The notes beneath the pieces are model-generated. The model saw only the letters and a program-made list of their open reading frames with translations, ran no database searches and was not told where the DNA came from. Positions 30,406 through 39,440 of a stretch of DNA of 64,000 bases are shown one piece after another. How positions within the stretch are numbered: position 1 is the stretch's first letter; the number at the start of each line of letters is the position of its first letter. Source of the stretch: an uncultured Gemmataceae bacterium. GTDB taxonomy: Bacteria > Planctomycetota > Planctomycetia > Gemmatales > Gemmataceae. The translations under genes were made by a program, and so were the position numbers. The stretch lies in contig CAVVPN010000011.1 in assembly GCA_963750165.1 (NCBI GenBank), positions 1,856,001 through 1,920,000 on the forward strand, written 5' to 3'.

Positions 30406-30909
30406 ATGTCCCGTGCCGCCGCCGTCATCGCATACCTCCAGCTGCAACCGCACCCGAAAGAGGGCGGTTTCTTCCGTGAAACCTACCGCGCCGCCGAGAC
30501 GCTGAGCGCCGCCCAGTTGCCCGCTCGCTACGGCGGCGACCGCTGTTTCAGCACCGCCATCTATTACCTGCTCACGCCCGACACCTTCTCCGAACTGCAC
30601 CGCCTGGCCAGCGATGAGGTCTTCCACTTCTACGCCGGCGCCCCGGTGCGGATGCTGCACCTGTTCCCCGACGGCCACGGTCAGGAGGTGGTGCTCGGCC
30701 CAGACGTGCTCGCGGGGCAGCAACCGCAGGTTGTGGTGCCGCGCGGCGTCTGGCAGGGCAGTCTACTGGAGCCCGGCGGCGACTTCGCGCTGCTGGGCTG
30801 CACAGTAGCTCCCGGCTTCGACTACGCCGACTACGAGGCCGGCGACCGCGCCATCCTGCTCGCCCAGTATCCGCAGCACCGCGGACTCATCGAACGACTC
30901 ACCCACTGA
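30406..30909 (+). CDS. Cupin_5 (DUF985) protein
   Basis: LQPHPKEGGFFRET, STAIYYLL, HRLASDEVFHFYAG, GCTVAPGFDY. Confidence 0.92.
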   Translation: MSRAAAVIAYLQLQPHPKEGGFFRETYRAAETLSAAQLPARYGGDRCFSTAIYYLLTPDTFSELHRLASDEVFHFYAGAPVRMLHLFPDGHGQEVVLGPDVLAGQQPQVVVPRGVWQGSLLEPGGDFALLGCTVAPGFDYADYEAGDRAILLAQYPQHRGLIERLTH

Positions 30910-30926
30910 GGCCGGCGGGCGAACCC

Positions 30927-31322
30927 ATGCGACACGCGCAAGTCCTGGTCTGCGAAAGTGACGGCCGCCTGGCCGAGTTGCTGCGGCCGCGCGCCGAGGT
31001 CGGCCGCTGGCGCCTGCGCGAGTTGCGCCACCTCGACGCCGTGCCGGGCTTGCTGCAGCGCGGCGGCGGCTGCGTTCTGGTGCTCCGGGTCGGTCGCGAC
31101 CTCGAACAGGAGCTGACGCTGCTCGACCGTATCGGCCGCCGCTTCCCGGACGTGCCGGTCGTTGCCGTCGGCGACACCGACCACCCCGCGCTCGCCGGCC
31201 TGCTCTGGGACCTCGGCGCCCGCTGCGTGCTGTTCCCGCCGCTGCGGCGCGACCTGTTGCCGGACGTGATCGCCGGTCTGCTCGGCACGCCGCCCGCTCC
31301 CCCGGCGGAGACCGACGCATGA
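30927..31322 (+). CDS. Degenerate receiver-domain-like protein
   Basis: VLVCESD...FPDVPVVAVG...DLGARCVLFPP; no clear phospho-acceptor Asp. Confidence 0.6.
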   Translation: MRHAQVLVCESDGRLAELLRPRAEVGRWRLRELRHLDAVPGLLQRGGGCVLVLRVGRDLEQELTLLDRIGRRFPDVPVVAVGDTDHPALAGLLWDLGARCVLFPPLRRDLLPDVIAGLLGTPPAPPAETDA

Positions 31323-31513
31323 CCGCGCTGCCGCTGCCCGTCCTGGATGAGACGCGCTGCACCGGCTGCGGCGATTGCGTGCGCGTGTGCCCGACGGACT
31401 GCCTGGCTCTGGCCGGCCCACTGCCCTGGCTGCCGCGGCCCGCCGACTGCGTCAGCTGCAGCGCCTGCGCCCTGGTTTGCCCCGCGGATGCGCTCCGCCT
31501 GGCCGACGCCTGA
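31319..31513 (+). CDS. 2[4Fe-4S] ferredoxin
   Basis: CTGCGDCVRVCP and CVSCSACALVCP; ATGA overlap with the upstream gene. Confidence 0.9.
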   Translation: MTALPLPVLDETRCTGCGDCVRVCPTDCLALAGPLPWLPRPADCVSCSACALVCPADALRLADA

Positions 31514-31520
31514 AAATGAA

Positions 31521-31548
31521 GAAACCCGCGGGCGCGCCCGCGGGTTTC
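31521..31548. terminator. Palindrome between convergent genes (probable bidirectional terminator)
   Basis: gaaacccgcgggcgcgcccgcgggtttc. Confidence 0.6.
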
Positions 31549-31576
31549 GGCTGACGGACAATCGACCTTGGGGAGA

Positions 31577-32395
31577 TCAGTCCTTTACGGCCTGGACGGC
31601 GACCGTGGTGGCGGCGCCCAGGTCGGAGAACGCCGCCCGCACTTCCTGGTTGGGCCGCAGGATCACGCGGGCCGTTTCGATCTTCTTCTGGCCGTCGCGG
31701 ATCACTTCGGCGCGGAGGATGTAGTAGTACGTCTGGCCGGGCTGCAGTTCCGGCGTCTGGAAGACGCGGGTGGCCGATGTGGTCTTCATCAGCTGGTCGT
31801 CAATGTACAGCTTGGCGTCCGCCGGCAGCTGGACGATGACGCGCGCCCGGTTGAGGCTCGTCTGTCCGTCTTTCGCTTTGTCTTTATCCTTCTTCGGCAG
31901 CGGCACTTCTTCCGGCTTCTTTTCCCCGCCGGTCCCCGGCGTCGTGCCGGTCCCCGGCGTCGTGCCATAGGCCGGCGCGACCATCGGATAGGGGTTCATG
32001 TACGGGACGCCGTAGCCGCCGTAGCCGCCGTAGCCGCCATAGCAGCCGACGCACGTCCAGCCGCCATAGCCGCCATAGCCGCCGTAGCAGCCATACGAAA
32101 TGGGCGCGTAGTTGCCGTACCAGCCGGACGCCGGGCTGATGCCGCCGTAGCAGCCGGCATAGCCGCCCCAGCTGGGGCCGCCGCCGTAGCAGCCGTAGCC
32201 GTAGTGGCCGCCGCCGTAGCAGCCGCCGTAGCAGCCCTGGGGACTGCCCCACGCACCCCACGCACCGCCCCACCCGCCGTAGCCGCCGCCGTAACAACCC
32301 CACCCACCGTAGCCGTAGCAGCCGCCGCGGAAGCAGTGGAAATCCGGGGCTGCGCTGCCCGTCGTCAGGGCAGCCATCAAGACAACGCTGTACAT
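31577..32395 (-). CDS. TIGR03000-domain protein with Gly/Tyr/Cys-rich low-complexity N-terminus
   Basis: MYSVVLMAAL leader; GCYGG/GYGG repeats; ARVIVQLPADAKLYIDD...RVFQTPELQPGQTYYYILRAE. Confidence 0.88.
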   Translation of the reverse strand: MYSVVLMAALTTGSAAPDFHCFRGGCYGYGGWGCYGGGYGGWGGAWGAWGSPQGCYGGCYGGGHYGYGCYGGGPSWGGYAGCYGGISPASGWYGNYAPISYGCYGGYGGYGGWTCVGCYGGYGGYGGYGVPYMNPYPMVAPAYGTTPGTGTTPGTGGEKKPEEVPLPKKDKDKAKDGQTSLNRARVIVQLPADAKLYIDDQLMKTTSATRVFQTPELQPGQTYYYILRAEVIRDGQKKIETARVILRPNQEVRAAFSDLGAATTVAVQAVKD

Positions 32396-32580
32396 CCCAC
32401 TACCCTCCCTTTGCCAAGGCAGAACTCTGTACCGCAACACTCCCCGGCAAATGCCGAAGAATCGGTTCATTTTGCCAGTCTGGGGTAAATGTTAAATTTA
32501 GGCAAGCTTTTAGTCAAACCCAAAATTGAGGGGATAGCGAAAAGAAAGTGTCTCGGTCACCGTTACGACCGGAATGGTCT

Positions 32581-32653
32581 GTCGTCCGTTGCCGGATGGG
32601 TTCCAGCGCCCGGATGACCGCTCAGCACTTCAACCCATCCGGCAACGGACGAC
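32581..32653. repeat. 22-bp-stem inverted repeat in a divergent intergenic region
   Basis: gtcgtccgttgccggatgggtt ... aacccatccggcaacggacgac, followed by ACGGTCC heptamers. Confidence 0.75.
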
Positions 32654-32868
32654 GGTCCACGGTCCACGAACAACGGACGAAAAATTGATGAAGACCTTGA
32701 CTTCGGGCATCGGTTACTTGCAAGGACGTTCAGGGCCTTGGTAATATGGTGGGGACTCGAACCCGGGAGCGCCGCGGCGCGTCTTACTGGCGAGCACGTC
32801 GCGGACCGACTTCTCCGGCCGAGGCCAGAGGTCCGGCGTCGCGCAACACTGATGGGAAAGGGGGCTGT

Positions 32869-33504
32869 ATGCAGTCCAACGCCAGCTCGGCTCTTGAGGC
32901 CAGCGTCCTGGTGCTCAACAAGTTGTTCATGGCAATCCACATCATCTCCGTGCGGCGGGCATTCGTCCTGCTGTGCAAGGACCTGGCCGAAGTGGTCCAC
33001 CTGGAGGACGGCCAGTTCGCCACGTACAACTTCGAGACCTGGCGTGAGGTGAGTGAGTATCGGTCCCGGCTCTTTCGCCAGCAGGATGACGACTGGGTGC
33101 GCACCGCCCATAGCGAAATCCAGGTCCCGCGGGTCATCCGGCTGTTGACTTACGAGAAGTTGCCCAAGCAGACGGTGAAGTTCAATCGCCGCAACATCTT
33201 CGCGCGCGACAACAACCAGTGTCAGTACTGCGGCCGGAAGTTCCCGACCACGGAACTGAGCCTGGACCATGTGATGCCGCGCAGCCAGGGCGGCCAGAGC
33301 ACGTGGGAGAACATCGTCTGCGCCTGCGTGGCCTGCAACGTCCGCAAGGGCGGCCGCACGCCCAAGCAGGCCCACATGAGCCTCATCCGCAAGCCGGAGA
33401 AGCCCAAGCGCAGCCCCATGCTCAACCTGAAAATGACGCTCAGCAAATACCAGTCGTGGCGCTCCTTCCTGGAGAACGCCTACTGGTCTGTCGAGTTGAA
33501 ATAA
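32869..33504 (+). CDS. HNH endonuclease (McrA-like)
   Basis: VLVLN, VPRVIRL, NRRNIFARD..CQYCG, LDHVMPRSQGG.STWENIVCACVACNVRKG. Confidence 0.92.
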   Translation: MQSNASSALEASVLVLNKLFMAIHIISVRRAFVLLCKDLAEVVHLEDGQFATYNFETWREVSEYRSRLFRQQDDDWVRTAHSEIQVPRVIRLLTYEKLPKQTVKFNRRNIFARDNNQCQYCGRKFPTTELSLDHVMPRSQGGQSTWENIVCACVACNVRKGGRTPKQAHMSLIRKPEKPKRSPMLNLKMTLSKYQSWRSFLENAYWSVELK

Positions 33505-33509
33505 ACAAA

Positions 33510-33606
33510 GGTTCACCACAAAGACACCAAGAGCACAAAGAAGACAACAAGAATTGCTAAATCAATCTTCTGTCTTCTTTGTGCTCTGTGTCTTTGTGGT
33601 GAACCC
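33510..33606. repeat. AT-rich inverted repeat with 9-mer periodicity between convergent genes
   Basis: ggttcaccacaaagacaccaagagcacaaagaagac ... gtcttctttgtgctctgtgtctttgtggtgaacc. Confidence 0.8.
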
Positions 33607-33608
33607 GG

Positions 33609-35723
33609 TTACATGCGATCCAGGGTTTCAATCCACATCGCCAGCTTCGACAGCGTGGCCTCATCGAAGTATTCACGGCCGCGGTCGGGCAACTCGAGAT
33701 ACCATGTGGGGAAGCGGCGCTCGATCAGAACCTTCAGGCGGTCACGCAACGCCCGCACGATTGGGTCGCGGCCGCCGCAGGCGATGAAAAACGACAGCCG
33801 CTGGTTGGCCACGTTGTTGCCCGGCTCCAGCGGCGGCACGGCTCCGGTGGTGGCCACGCCGCGGAACAGGTCGCGAGCGCCGAATCCCAGGCTGATCGCC
33901 ATCTGACCGCCGACGCCCATGCCGTGCGCCACGATCCGCTGCCGGTCAATGTTGTACGTCGCCAGCACGTCACGCACCGCCGCGGTCACGATCTCCTGCT
34001 CGCTCGGCACCCAACCGGCGTCCGCCTCGGACTTCGGCCCCAGCACGATGCAGTGGTTGTCGTTGCAAAAGTCCTCCCACATGTCCTTGACTTTCTCGTT
34101 TTCCTCGTCGGTGTACTTGCCCGGCTGGTGCAGCCAGACTACCAGCGCATAGGAGATGTTCGGGTCGTACTTCGGCGGCACGTAGACCCAGTACGGGTGG
34201 TTGCCCGCGGCGTTGGTCCGCTTGAGGAAACCGGTCTTGGGATCCTTCGGCAACGGCTCCTGCTTTTGCGGCTTGATGTTCGGCCCGCTCGTCTTCAGCG
34301 GCGCCTGGGCCTTCATGAGCGTTGTCGGCTCCGGCACCTCCTTCGGCACCACGTACACGCTGGTCAGCGTCGAGCCCGGCATGCCGTCCAGCTGTCCGGT
34401 CAGCACCGCCTTTTGCTTGGCCGCCTTGCGAATCACGTCCAACTTGATTTCCTGGCCGGGCATGGCCGCGTTGAGCCAGTCCAGCATCTGGGCCTGGCCG
34501 CGCTTCTCGCCGGTGAACGCCAGCGCCTTGCCGGCGATGGTGACCTTCGTGATCTGGTCGCCCGCCTTCAGGCCCATCTTGTCGGCCGGGCTTTTCGGAT
34601 AGACGTAGCGCACCAGCACGCCCAGCTCAGGGTCGTCGCGCACCGGCAGGATGCCGAGGTACGGGTGCTGGTACACCGTCTTGTCGCTGACCAGATCGAA
34701 GGTCAATGGCAGCGTGTCGTTGCCGCGCTTCACCTTGAGCGTCACCGAGTCGCCCTCGTACTTGGTGCCGATGGCGTGGCGGATCTGTGCCAGGTTAATG
34801 ACCGCCTTGCCGTCCACCTCCAGGATGGTGTCGCCGGTCTTGACGCCGCCGCGCACCGCCGCGGAGCCCGCCTGCACCGCCGCGACCACCGGGACCGCCC
34901 CGATCTCGTCGCCCTGGTTCTTCAGGGCGACGCCCAGTTCGCCCTTGTGCATGTCCTTGCCCTCCTTGAGCCGCGGCAGCATGGCCAGTACGTCCTCCAT
35001 TGGCACGGCGAAGCCGATGCCGCTGTCGTACCACTCGAAGCCGGCGGTCTCGCCCTCGGTGCGCGGCGAGGCCGGCACGAGGATGCCCTGGACGCGGCCG
35101 CGGATATCGACGAGGGGGCCACCGTAGTTGACCGGCGAAACCTTGGCGTCGGTCTGCACTGCCTTGCCCCAGATGCGATTCAGGGCGCTGATGATGCCGA
35201 TGCTGATCGACGGCGGCGAATCCTTCTTGAGCTTGGCGTCCAGGGTGCGGCCGAGGGCGATGGCCCACTGGCCGACCTTGATGTCCTTCTTGGGGACCAC
35301 CGCCGGCACGGGCAGGCCAGTCTTCTTGACCTTGAGCAGCGTCAGCATGCGCGAGCGGTCGGTGGCGATGCGCTCGGCGACGAGCGGTTCCTCGCCGGGG
35401 ATGATGACCTGAATGGTCTTGGGGTTGTTGATGAAGTTGAAGGCGCTGGAGATGATGTAGCCGTCGGCGCTGACGATGACGCCGGTGGTCGGGCCGATGG
35501 CCTTGGAGAAGGTGACGCCCTTCTTGGCGTCAATGACGACGCGGTCGGTGCCGCCCTGCGTGGTGATCTGCACGACGCTGGGAGCGACCTTGCGCGCCGC
35601 CGCCTTGATCCTGTTTTGGTGCTGCTCGTTGCTGCCGCTGGGCGGCTGGGCCGTCAGCGGCGCCGCTGCCCACAGGCTCGCCAGCAGCAGCCCCAGGGTG
35701 AGTGCGCGTGGCCGGATGAACAT
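33609..35723 (-). CDS. Exported HtrA-like pseudoprotease with two PDZ domains and a C-terminal esterase-like domain
   Basis: Trypsin fold with ISSAFNF / RSRMLTLLK / SPVNYGGP (triad absent); two PDZ; YWVYVPPKYDP...LVVWLH...HGMGVGG. Confidence 0.85.
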   Translation of the reverse strand: MFIRPRALTLGLLLASLWAAAPLTAQPPSGSNEQHQNRIKAAARKVAPSVVQITTQGGTDRVVIDAKKGVTFSKAIGPTTGVIVSADGYIISSAFNFINNPKTIQVIIPGEEPLVAERIATDRSRMLTLLKVKKTGLPVPAVVPKKDIKVGQWAIALGRTLDAKLKKDSPPSISIGIISALNRIWGKAVQTDAKVSPVNYGGPLVDIRGRVQGILVPASPRTEGETAGFEWYDSGIGFAVPMEDVLAMLPRLKEGKDMHKGELGVALKNQGDEIGAVPVVAAVQAGSAAVRGGVKTGDTILEVDGKAVINLAQIRHAIGTKYEGDSVTLKVKRGNDTLPLTFDLVSDKTVYQHPYLGILPVRDDPELGVLVRYVYPKSPADKMGLKAGDQITKVTIAGKALAFTGEKRGQAQMLDWLNAAMPGQEIKLDVIRKAAKQKAVLTGQLDGMPGSTLTSVYVVPKEVPEPTTLMKAQAPLKTSGPNIKPQKQEPLPKDPKTGFLKRTNAAGNHPYWVYVPPKYDPNISYALVVWLHQPGKYTDEENEKVKDMWEDFCNDNHCIVLGPKSEADAGWVPSEQEIVTAAVRDVLATYNIDRQRIVAHGMGVGGQMAISLGFGARDLFRGVATTGAVPPLEPGNNVANQRLSFFIACGGRDPIVRALRDRLKVLIERRFPTWYLELPDRGREYFDEATLSKLAMWIETLDRM

Positions 35724-35742
35724 GGGAAAACCCTCGAAAAAA

Positions 35743-35800
35743 GGATGAAGGATGAAGGATGAAGGATGGCTTTTATTTCATCCTTCATCCTTCATCCTTT
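35743..35800. repeat. Inverted heptamer arrays (GATGAAG)n/(TTCATCC)n
   Basis: ggatgaaggatgaaggatgaaggatg ... tcatccttcatccttcatcc. Confidence 0.85.
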
Positions 35801-35804
35801 TGTT

Positions 35805-36920
35805 TTATGGCGCCTTCGGCTTGGGCTGCGCGCGCAGCTTGAGCCGCACCGTCTCCAGCCGTTCGCCGCGCTGCACCTCCAGAACGACCTCGGTGCCTGG
35901 CCGCGCCGCCCCCATGATGTCGCGGAAGGCGCGGATGCTCGGCACCAGTTCGCCGTCGATGTACACGATCAAATCGTCCGGCCGCAGGCCCTTCTCGGCG
36001 GCCGGCGAACCGGGGATCACTTCCTCGATGTACGGCGGCGTGACGCTGACGGAGTTCGGCACCAGCACGATGCCGTGGAAGCCGCCCGCGTTCTTGTCGC
36101 GGGCCTTGACGCCGCTGCTCTGGCGATACTTGCCCGCGATGGCCTCCTTGACAAAGGTCGGGATGTCCACCGTCGCCTTGACCAGTTCGCCCTTGTCGTT
36201 TTCGCGGGTGATCTCGGTTTTGGCCTGGATGGGCACCGCGTAGTTGATCCAGGTGTTGGACAACGTGTGCTTCAGTTCACGGCCGATGATGCCAAGCAGT
36301 TCGCCCTTGTACGTGGTCACGACGCCGCCGGCAGCGCCGGGGTTGCACATCACCGTGTCGATGAAGTAAACGTCGCCCATGTACGGCGCATCGAAGGCAC
36401 CGCGCTGGCTGCGCAGGTCGGTGTGCGCCGCGACGACGCCGCGCTGCACCGACATCGCCTCGTTGCGTTCGCCGATCTTGAACTGATTGCTGAACGCCAG
36501 CACCCAGTCGCCGGGCTCGGCCATTTTGTTCTTGGCCAGTTTCGGGATGTCGAAGTATTTGAGGAAGCTGACCTCGCCGTCAATCTTGAGCATGGCCACG
36601 TCGAGTTCCGGCTCGCGGGCGGTGACCTTGGCCGAGTAAATCCGGCCGTCCGAAAGGTGGACCTTGAGGTCGGTGGTGCCCAGGATGTGGTTGTTGACGG
36701 TGAGGATGTGGCCTTCCTTGGAGACGAGGATGCCGGTGCCGTAGGCGGGCAGGCCCTTGAAGCCGCCGGCGCCGAACAGCTTGACCATGCGCTGGTTGAC
36801 CACCTCGGCGGCTGGCGTGAACGCCTCCTGAGCCGCCAGGGGCCGCGGTGCCACGGCGAAGGCGAGGGCGCTCGCCGCCACGGCCAGCAGGGCCCGTGCC
36901 AGGGGGGAAGGTCGGATCAT
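35805..36920 (-). CDS. Exported HtrA-like protein with one PDZ; catalytic Ser replaced by Ala
   Basis: GILVSKEGHILTVNNH, ELDVAMLK, NPGAAGG; PDZ PGSPAAEKGLRPDDLI. Confidence 0.85.
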   Translation of the reverse strand: MIRPSPLARALLAVAASALAFAVAPRPLAAQEAFTPAAEVVNQRMVKLFGAGGFKGLPAYGTGILVSKEGHILTVNNHILGTTDLKVHLSDGRIYSAKVTAREPELDVAMLKIDGEVSFLKYFDIPKLAKNKMAEPGDWVLAFSNQFKIGERNEAMSVQRGVVAAHTDLRSQRGAFDAPYMGDVYFIDTVMCNPGAAGGVVTTYKGELLGIIGRELKHTLSNTWINYAVPIQAKTEITRENDKGELVKATVDIPTFVKEAIAGKYRQSSGVKARDKNAGGFHGIVLVPNSVSVTPPYIEEVIPGSPAAEKGLRPDDLIVYIDGELVPSIRAFRDIMGAARPGTEVVLEVQRGERLETVRLKLRAQPKPKAP

Positions 36921-37044
36921 GGGAGGGTCGTCCTTATGTTGAGGCGGTCCAACTGTTTTCTGCCGCTGGCGGCTTGTGCGCTGCAACCCATCGAACGTGA
37001 GCAGGGTATCAGAGCGCTAAGCCGCAAGCGGCAGAAAAGACTAC

Positions 37045-38910
37045 TCACGGATTCATCGTAACCTTGGTGACGTTCAACGTGCCGTAGTGGCGGGCGCGAC
37101 CGGGGTTGGCCTGGTCGCCGTAGTACACCTGAATGCGGTGCGGCACCTGCCGGCCGCCGACGGCGCGGTAGTCGGACAGGTACACCTCACACGGATCCTC
37201 ATTCTCCTTGAGCCGCGCTTCGAAGCCGGCCAGTTTGCCGTCCTTGCGGTCGAAGAACCACTTGACCAGGTGGGTGCCGATGCCGGTGTTGAGCACGTCG
37301 GTGTCGCCGGGCAACCGCAGCGCCTTGAGGCTCTTCGGCGTGCTGTTGTCGGTGGGCGGCGGATAGAACGGCTCGATGCCGCCGTAGTCGAATTTGCTCT
37401 CGAAGCCCTTGAGGCCCTGGGTCAGCAGCCGTTGATACAGGCTCATGGCCGCGAGCAGACCGCCGCTCTCCTTCGGCTGTTTCAGCACGTCGTCCTGGTT
37501 GGCGTTGAACGGCGCCAGGAAGTATTCCGTTTTCTTGCCCGACTCGATGGTCAGGCGCACGACCGGGACGGGGGTGTTGCCCTGGCCCTCGACCAGTTCC
37601 TTGCCGATCTTCAGCACAAAGACCGACGGCGTGTTGGCCTTGAACAGGTTGATGGTCCCTTCGAGCGTCCAGTTGTCGCCGGTGCCGGCGAAGTTGCCGT
37701 GCTTGCCGAACGCCTCCAGCACGCGGTCGCGCTGTTGCTGGTTGAAGTAATAATTGGCGAACCCCGCTTTGGCCACGTAGAACTTGGCCGCCGGCGAACC
37801 GGCCACGGGCGGCACGGGCGGCGCCGGTTTCTGACCGGGCGTCAGGTCCTTGCGCTGAATGCCCATGAGCCGCACGAGAATTTCCTTGTCCTTCATGCCC
37901 GCCTTGGCGTCCGGCCGGCGGTACTCCAGCGGCACGCGCCAGCCGCGCGGATACAGCCCCATGACGTTCTTGAAGTGGTTGACGCTCGACAGCACCCGGC
38001 CGTCGAGAGACAGCACCTCGTCATCAACGTCCACGCCGCGGCGGAAGACATCGGAGTCTTCCAGAATCGACTGCACCGTCATCTTGGCGAAGCCGTTCTT
38101 GTCGGTCTGCGACACCAGCAGAGCGCCGAGGCTGGCGTGGTCGCTATCGAGGCCGCCGTGCAGGTGGCCGAGGAAGTTCTTGATCTGGTTGATCGAGATG
38201 GCATAGCCGACGCCGGAGTTGATGCGGGCGCGCTTATCGAACGAGCCGCGGCCGTTGATGCCGATGAGTTCGCCTTGCATGTTGAACAGCGGGCCGCCGG
38301 AGTTGCCCGGGTTGATGCTCGTGTCGATCTGGATGCAGTCGGTGTATTCCAGCAGGATACCGGACGGCGGCTGATAACGGTGGACGCCGCTGATGAGGCC
38401 GTAGGTGACGGTTGGCGTGAAGTCGGTGGCCAGCAGGAACGGATTGCCCATCGCCAGCGACCAGTGCCCCTCGCGCACCTTGTCGCTGTCGCCGAGCGGC
38501 GCGAAGGGGAATTGTTGCCCCTCCTTCTTGGGCAGCAGCTTGATGAGCGCCACGTCGCCAACCTTGTCGAGGCCGACGAGCACGGCGTCATAGAGGACGC
38601 CGTCGGGCAGGCCGCACTGCATGGTGGGGCCGGTCGGGGCGACGACGTGGAAGTTGGTCAGGGCGTAGCCGTCCGCGCTGATGAGCACGCCGGAGCCGCC
38701 GCCCTTCTTGCGGTCGTGGGCGAAGACGGCGACGACGGCCGGCCTGACCTTCTCGATAACGGCGACGCGCTCGGCCTCGGCCTTGAGGATGGCGTCGTCG
38801 CCGTCCTGCTGCGTCACCGACCCTTCGGCCAGGCCCAACAGCAGCAGGGCCGTCACGGCAAGGAACAGCGGCAACGTCCAGCGTCCGCGGAATAGCTTGG
38901 TGATGCGCAT
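37045..38910 (-). CDS. Exported HtrA/DegP-like serine protease with intact triad, PDZ and C-terminal extension
   Basis: GSGVLIS..GYALTNFHVV, GDVALIK, IDTSINPGNSGGPL. Confidence 0.9.
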   Translation of the reverse strand: MRITKLFRGRWTLPLFLAVTALLLLGLAEGSVTQQDGDDAILKAEAERVAVIEKVRPAVVAVFAHDRKKGGGSGVLISADGYALTNFHVVAPTGPTMQCGLPDGVLYDAVLVGLDKVGDVALIKLLPKKEGQQFPFAPLGDSDKVREGHWSLAMGNPFLLATDFTPTVTYGLISGVHRYQPPSGILLEYTDCIQIDTSINPGNSGGPLFNMQGELIGINGRGSFDKRARINSGVGYAISINQIKNFLGHLHGGLDSDHASLGALLVSQTDKNGFAKMTVQSILEDSDVFRRGVDVDDEVLSLDGRVLSSVNHFKNVMGLYPRGWRVPLEYRRPDAKAGMKDKEILVRLMGIQRKDLTPGQKPAPPVPPVAGSPAAKFYVAKAGFANYYFNQQQRDRVLEAFGKHGNFAGTGDNWTLEGTINLFKANTPSVFVLKIGKELVEGQGNTPVPVVRLTIESGKKTEYFLAPFNANQDDVLKQPKESGGLLAAMSLYQRLLTQGLKGFESKFDYGGIEPFYPPPTDNSTPKSLKALRLPGDTDVLNTGIGTHLVKWFFDRKDGKLAGFEARLKENEDPCEVYLSDYRAVGGRQVPHRIQVYYGDQANPGRARHYGTLNVTKVTMNP

Positions 38911-38925
38911 GGGTATCCTTCTCTT

Positions 38926-39440
38926 TTAGTCATTAGTCATTAGTCATTAGTTTCAGTTGGCGGATTCCTCAAATCAGTCCGGTCGCTGTTGTTGGTGTTG
39001 CCGACGGATTTTAAATAGGAGTTCAGTTGGGGGCAGAGGTTATCAACGAGCGGTTTCAATTGAGAAATCTGTTCTGACGACAGCAATTTTCGTCGAAAAG
39101 CACGACGAAGCCAGTGCCGGGTCTCGTAAAGCGAACCGCGAGCGATCCGAATGTAGCGCCGGTTGTCCTGATAAGACCCTCGCCCCGTGCCTTCTGCAAT
39201 GTTGGCGCCAACGCTGTCGGCGGCACGGATGAGTTGCTTTCCAACGGTATCCCGTGGCAAAGAAGCCCACGTAATCACGATGTTCCAAACCGCATCAGCT
39301 AATTCCTCAGCCAAGCCATACACACGTAACTCCTCAAACGACTTTCCGGCCATGCCAGCCTCCTCGTGCCAGGCCTCCTTCTCTGATCCGAATATTTAGT
39401 GCCTGATGCCTAATGACTAATGACTAATGACTAATGACTA
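38926..39440. mobile_element. Candidate cassette: four-helix-bundle gene bounded by inverted (TTAGTCA)n/(TGACTAA)n arrays
   Basis: Arrays at 38926-38950 and 39410-39440; a gene-less copy of the same arrays lies at 51957-52035. Confidence 0.6.
38940..39353 (-). CDS. Four-helix-bundle protein (23S rRNA IVP/S23-like family)
   Basis: FEELRVYGLA, QLIRAADSVGANIAEG.GR, IARGSLYET..WL; visibly more AT-rich than its neighbours. Confidence 0.92.
   Translation of the reverse strand: MAGKSFEELRVYGLAEELADAVWNIVITWASLPRDTVGKQLIRAADSVGANIAEGTGRGSYQDNRRYIRIARGSLYETRHWLRRAFRRKLLSSEQISQLKPLVDNLCPQLNSYLKSVGNTNNSDRTDLRNPPTETND

Noticed and set aside
32869..33504. HNH nuclease as an IscB/Cas9-like or defence effector
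   Set aside because: Ordinary stand-alone McrA-like HNH; no RuvC motifs, array or methylase adjacent.
38940..39353. Avd-like gene as a sign of a diversity-generating retroelement
   Set aside because: No reverse transcriptase and no TR/VR pair with adenine-specific mismatches seen in the window.
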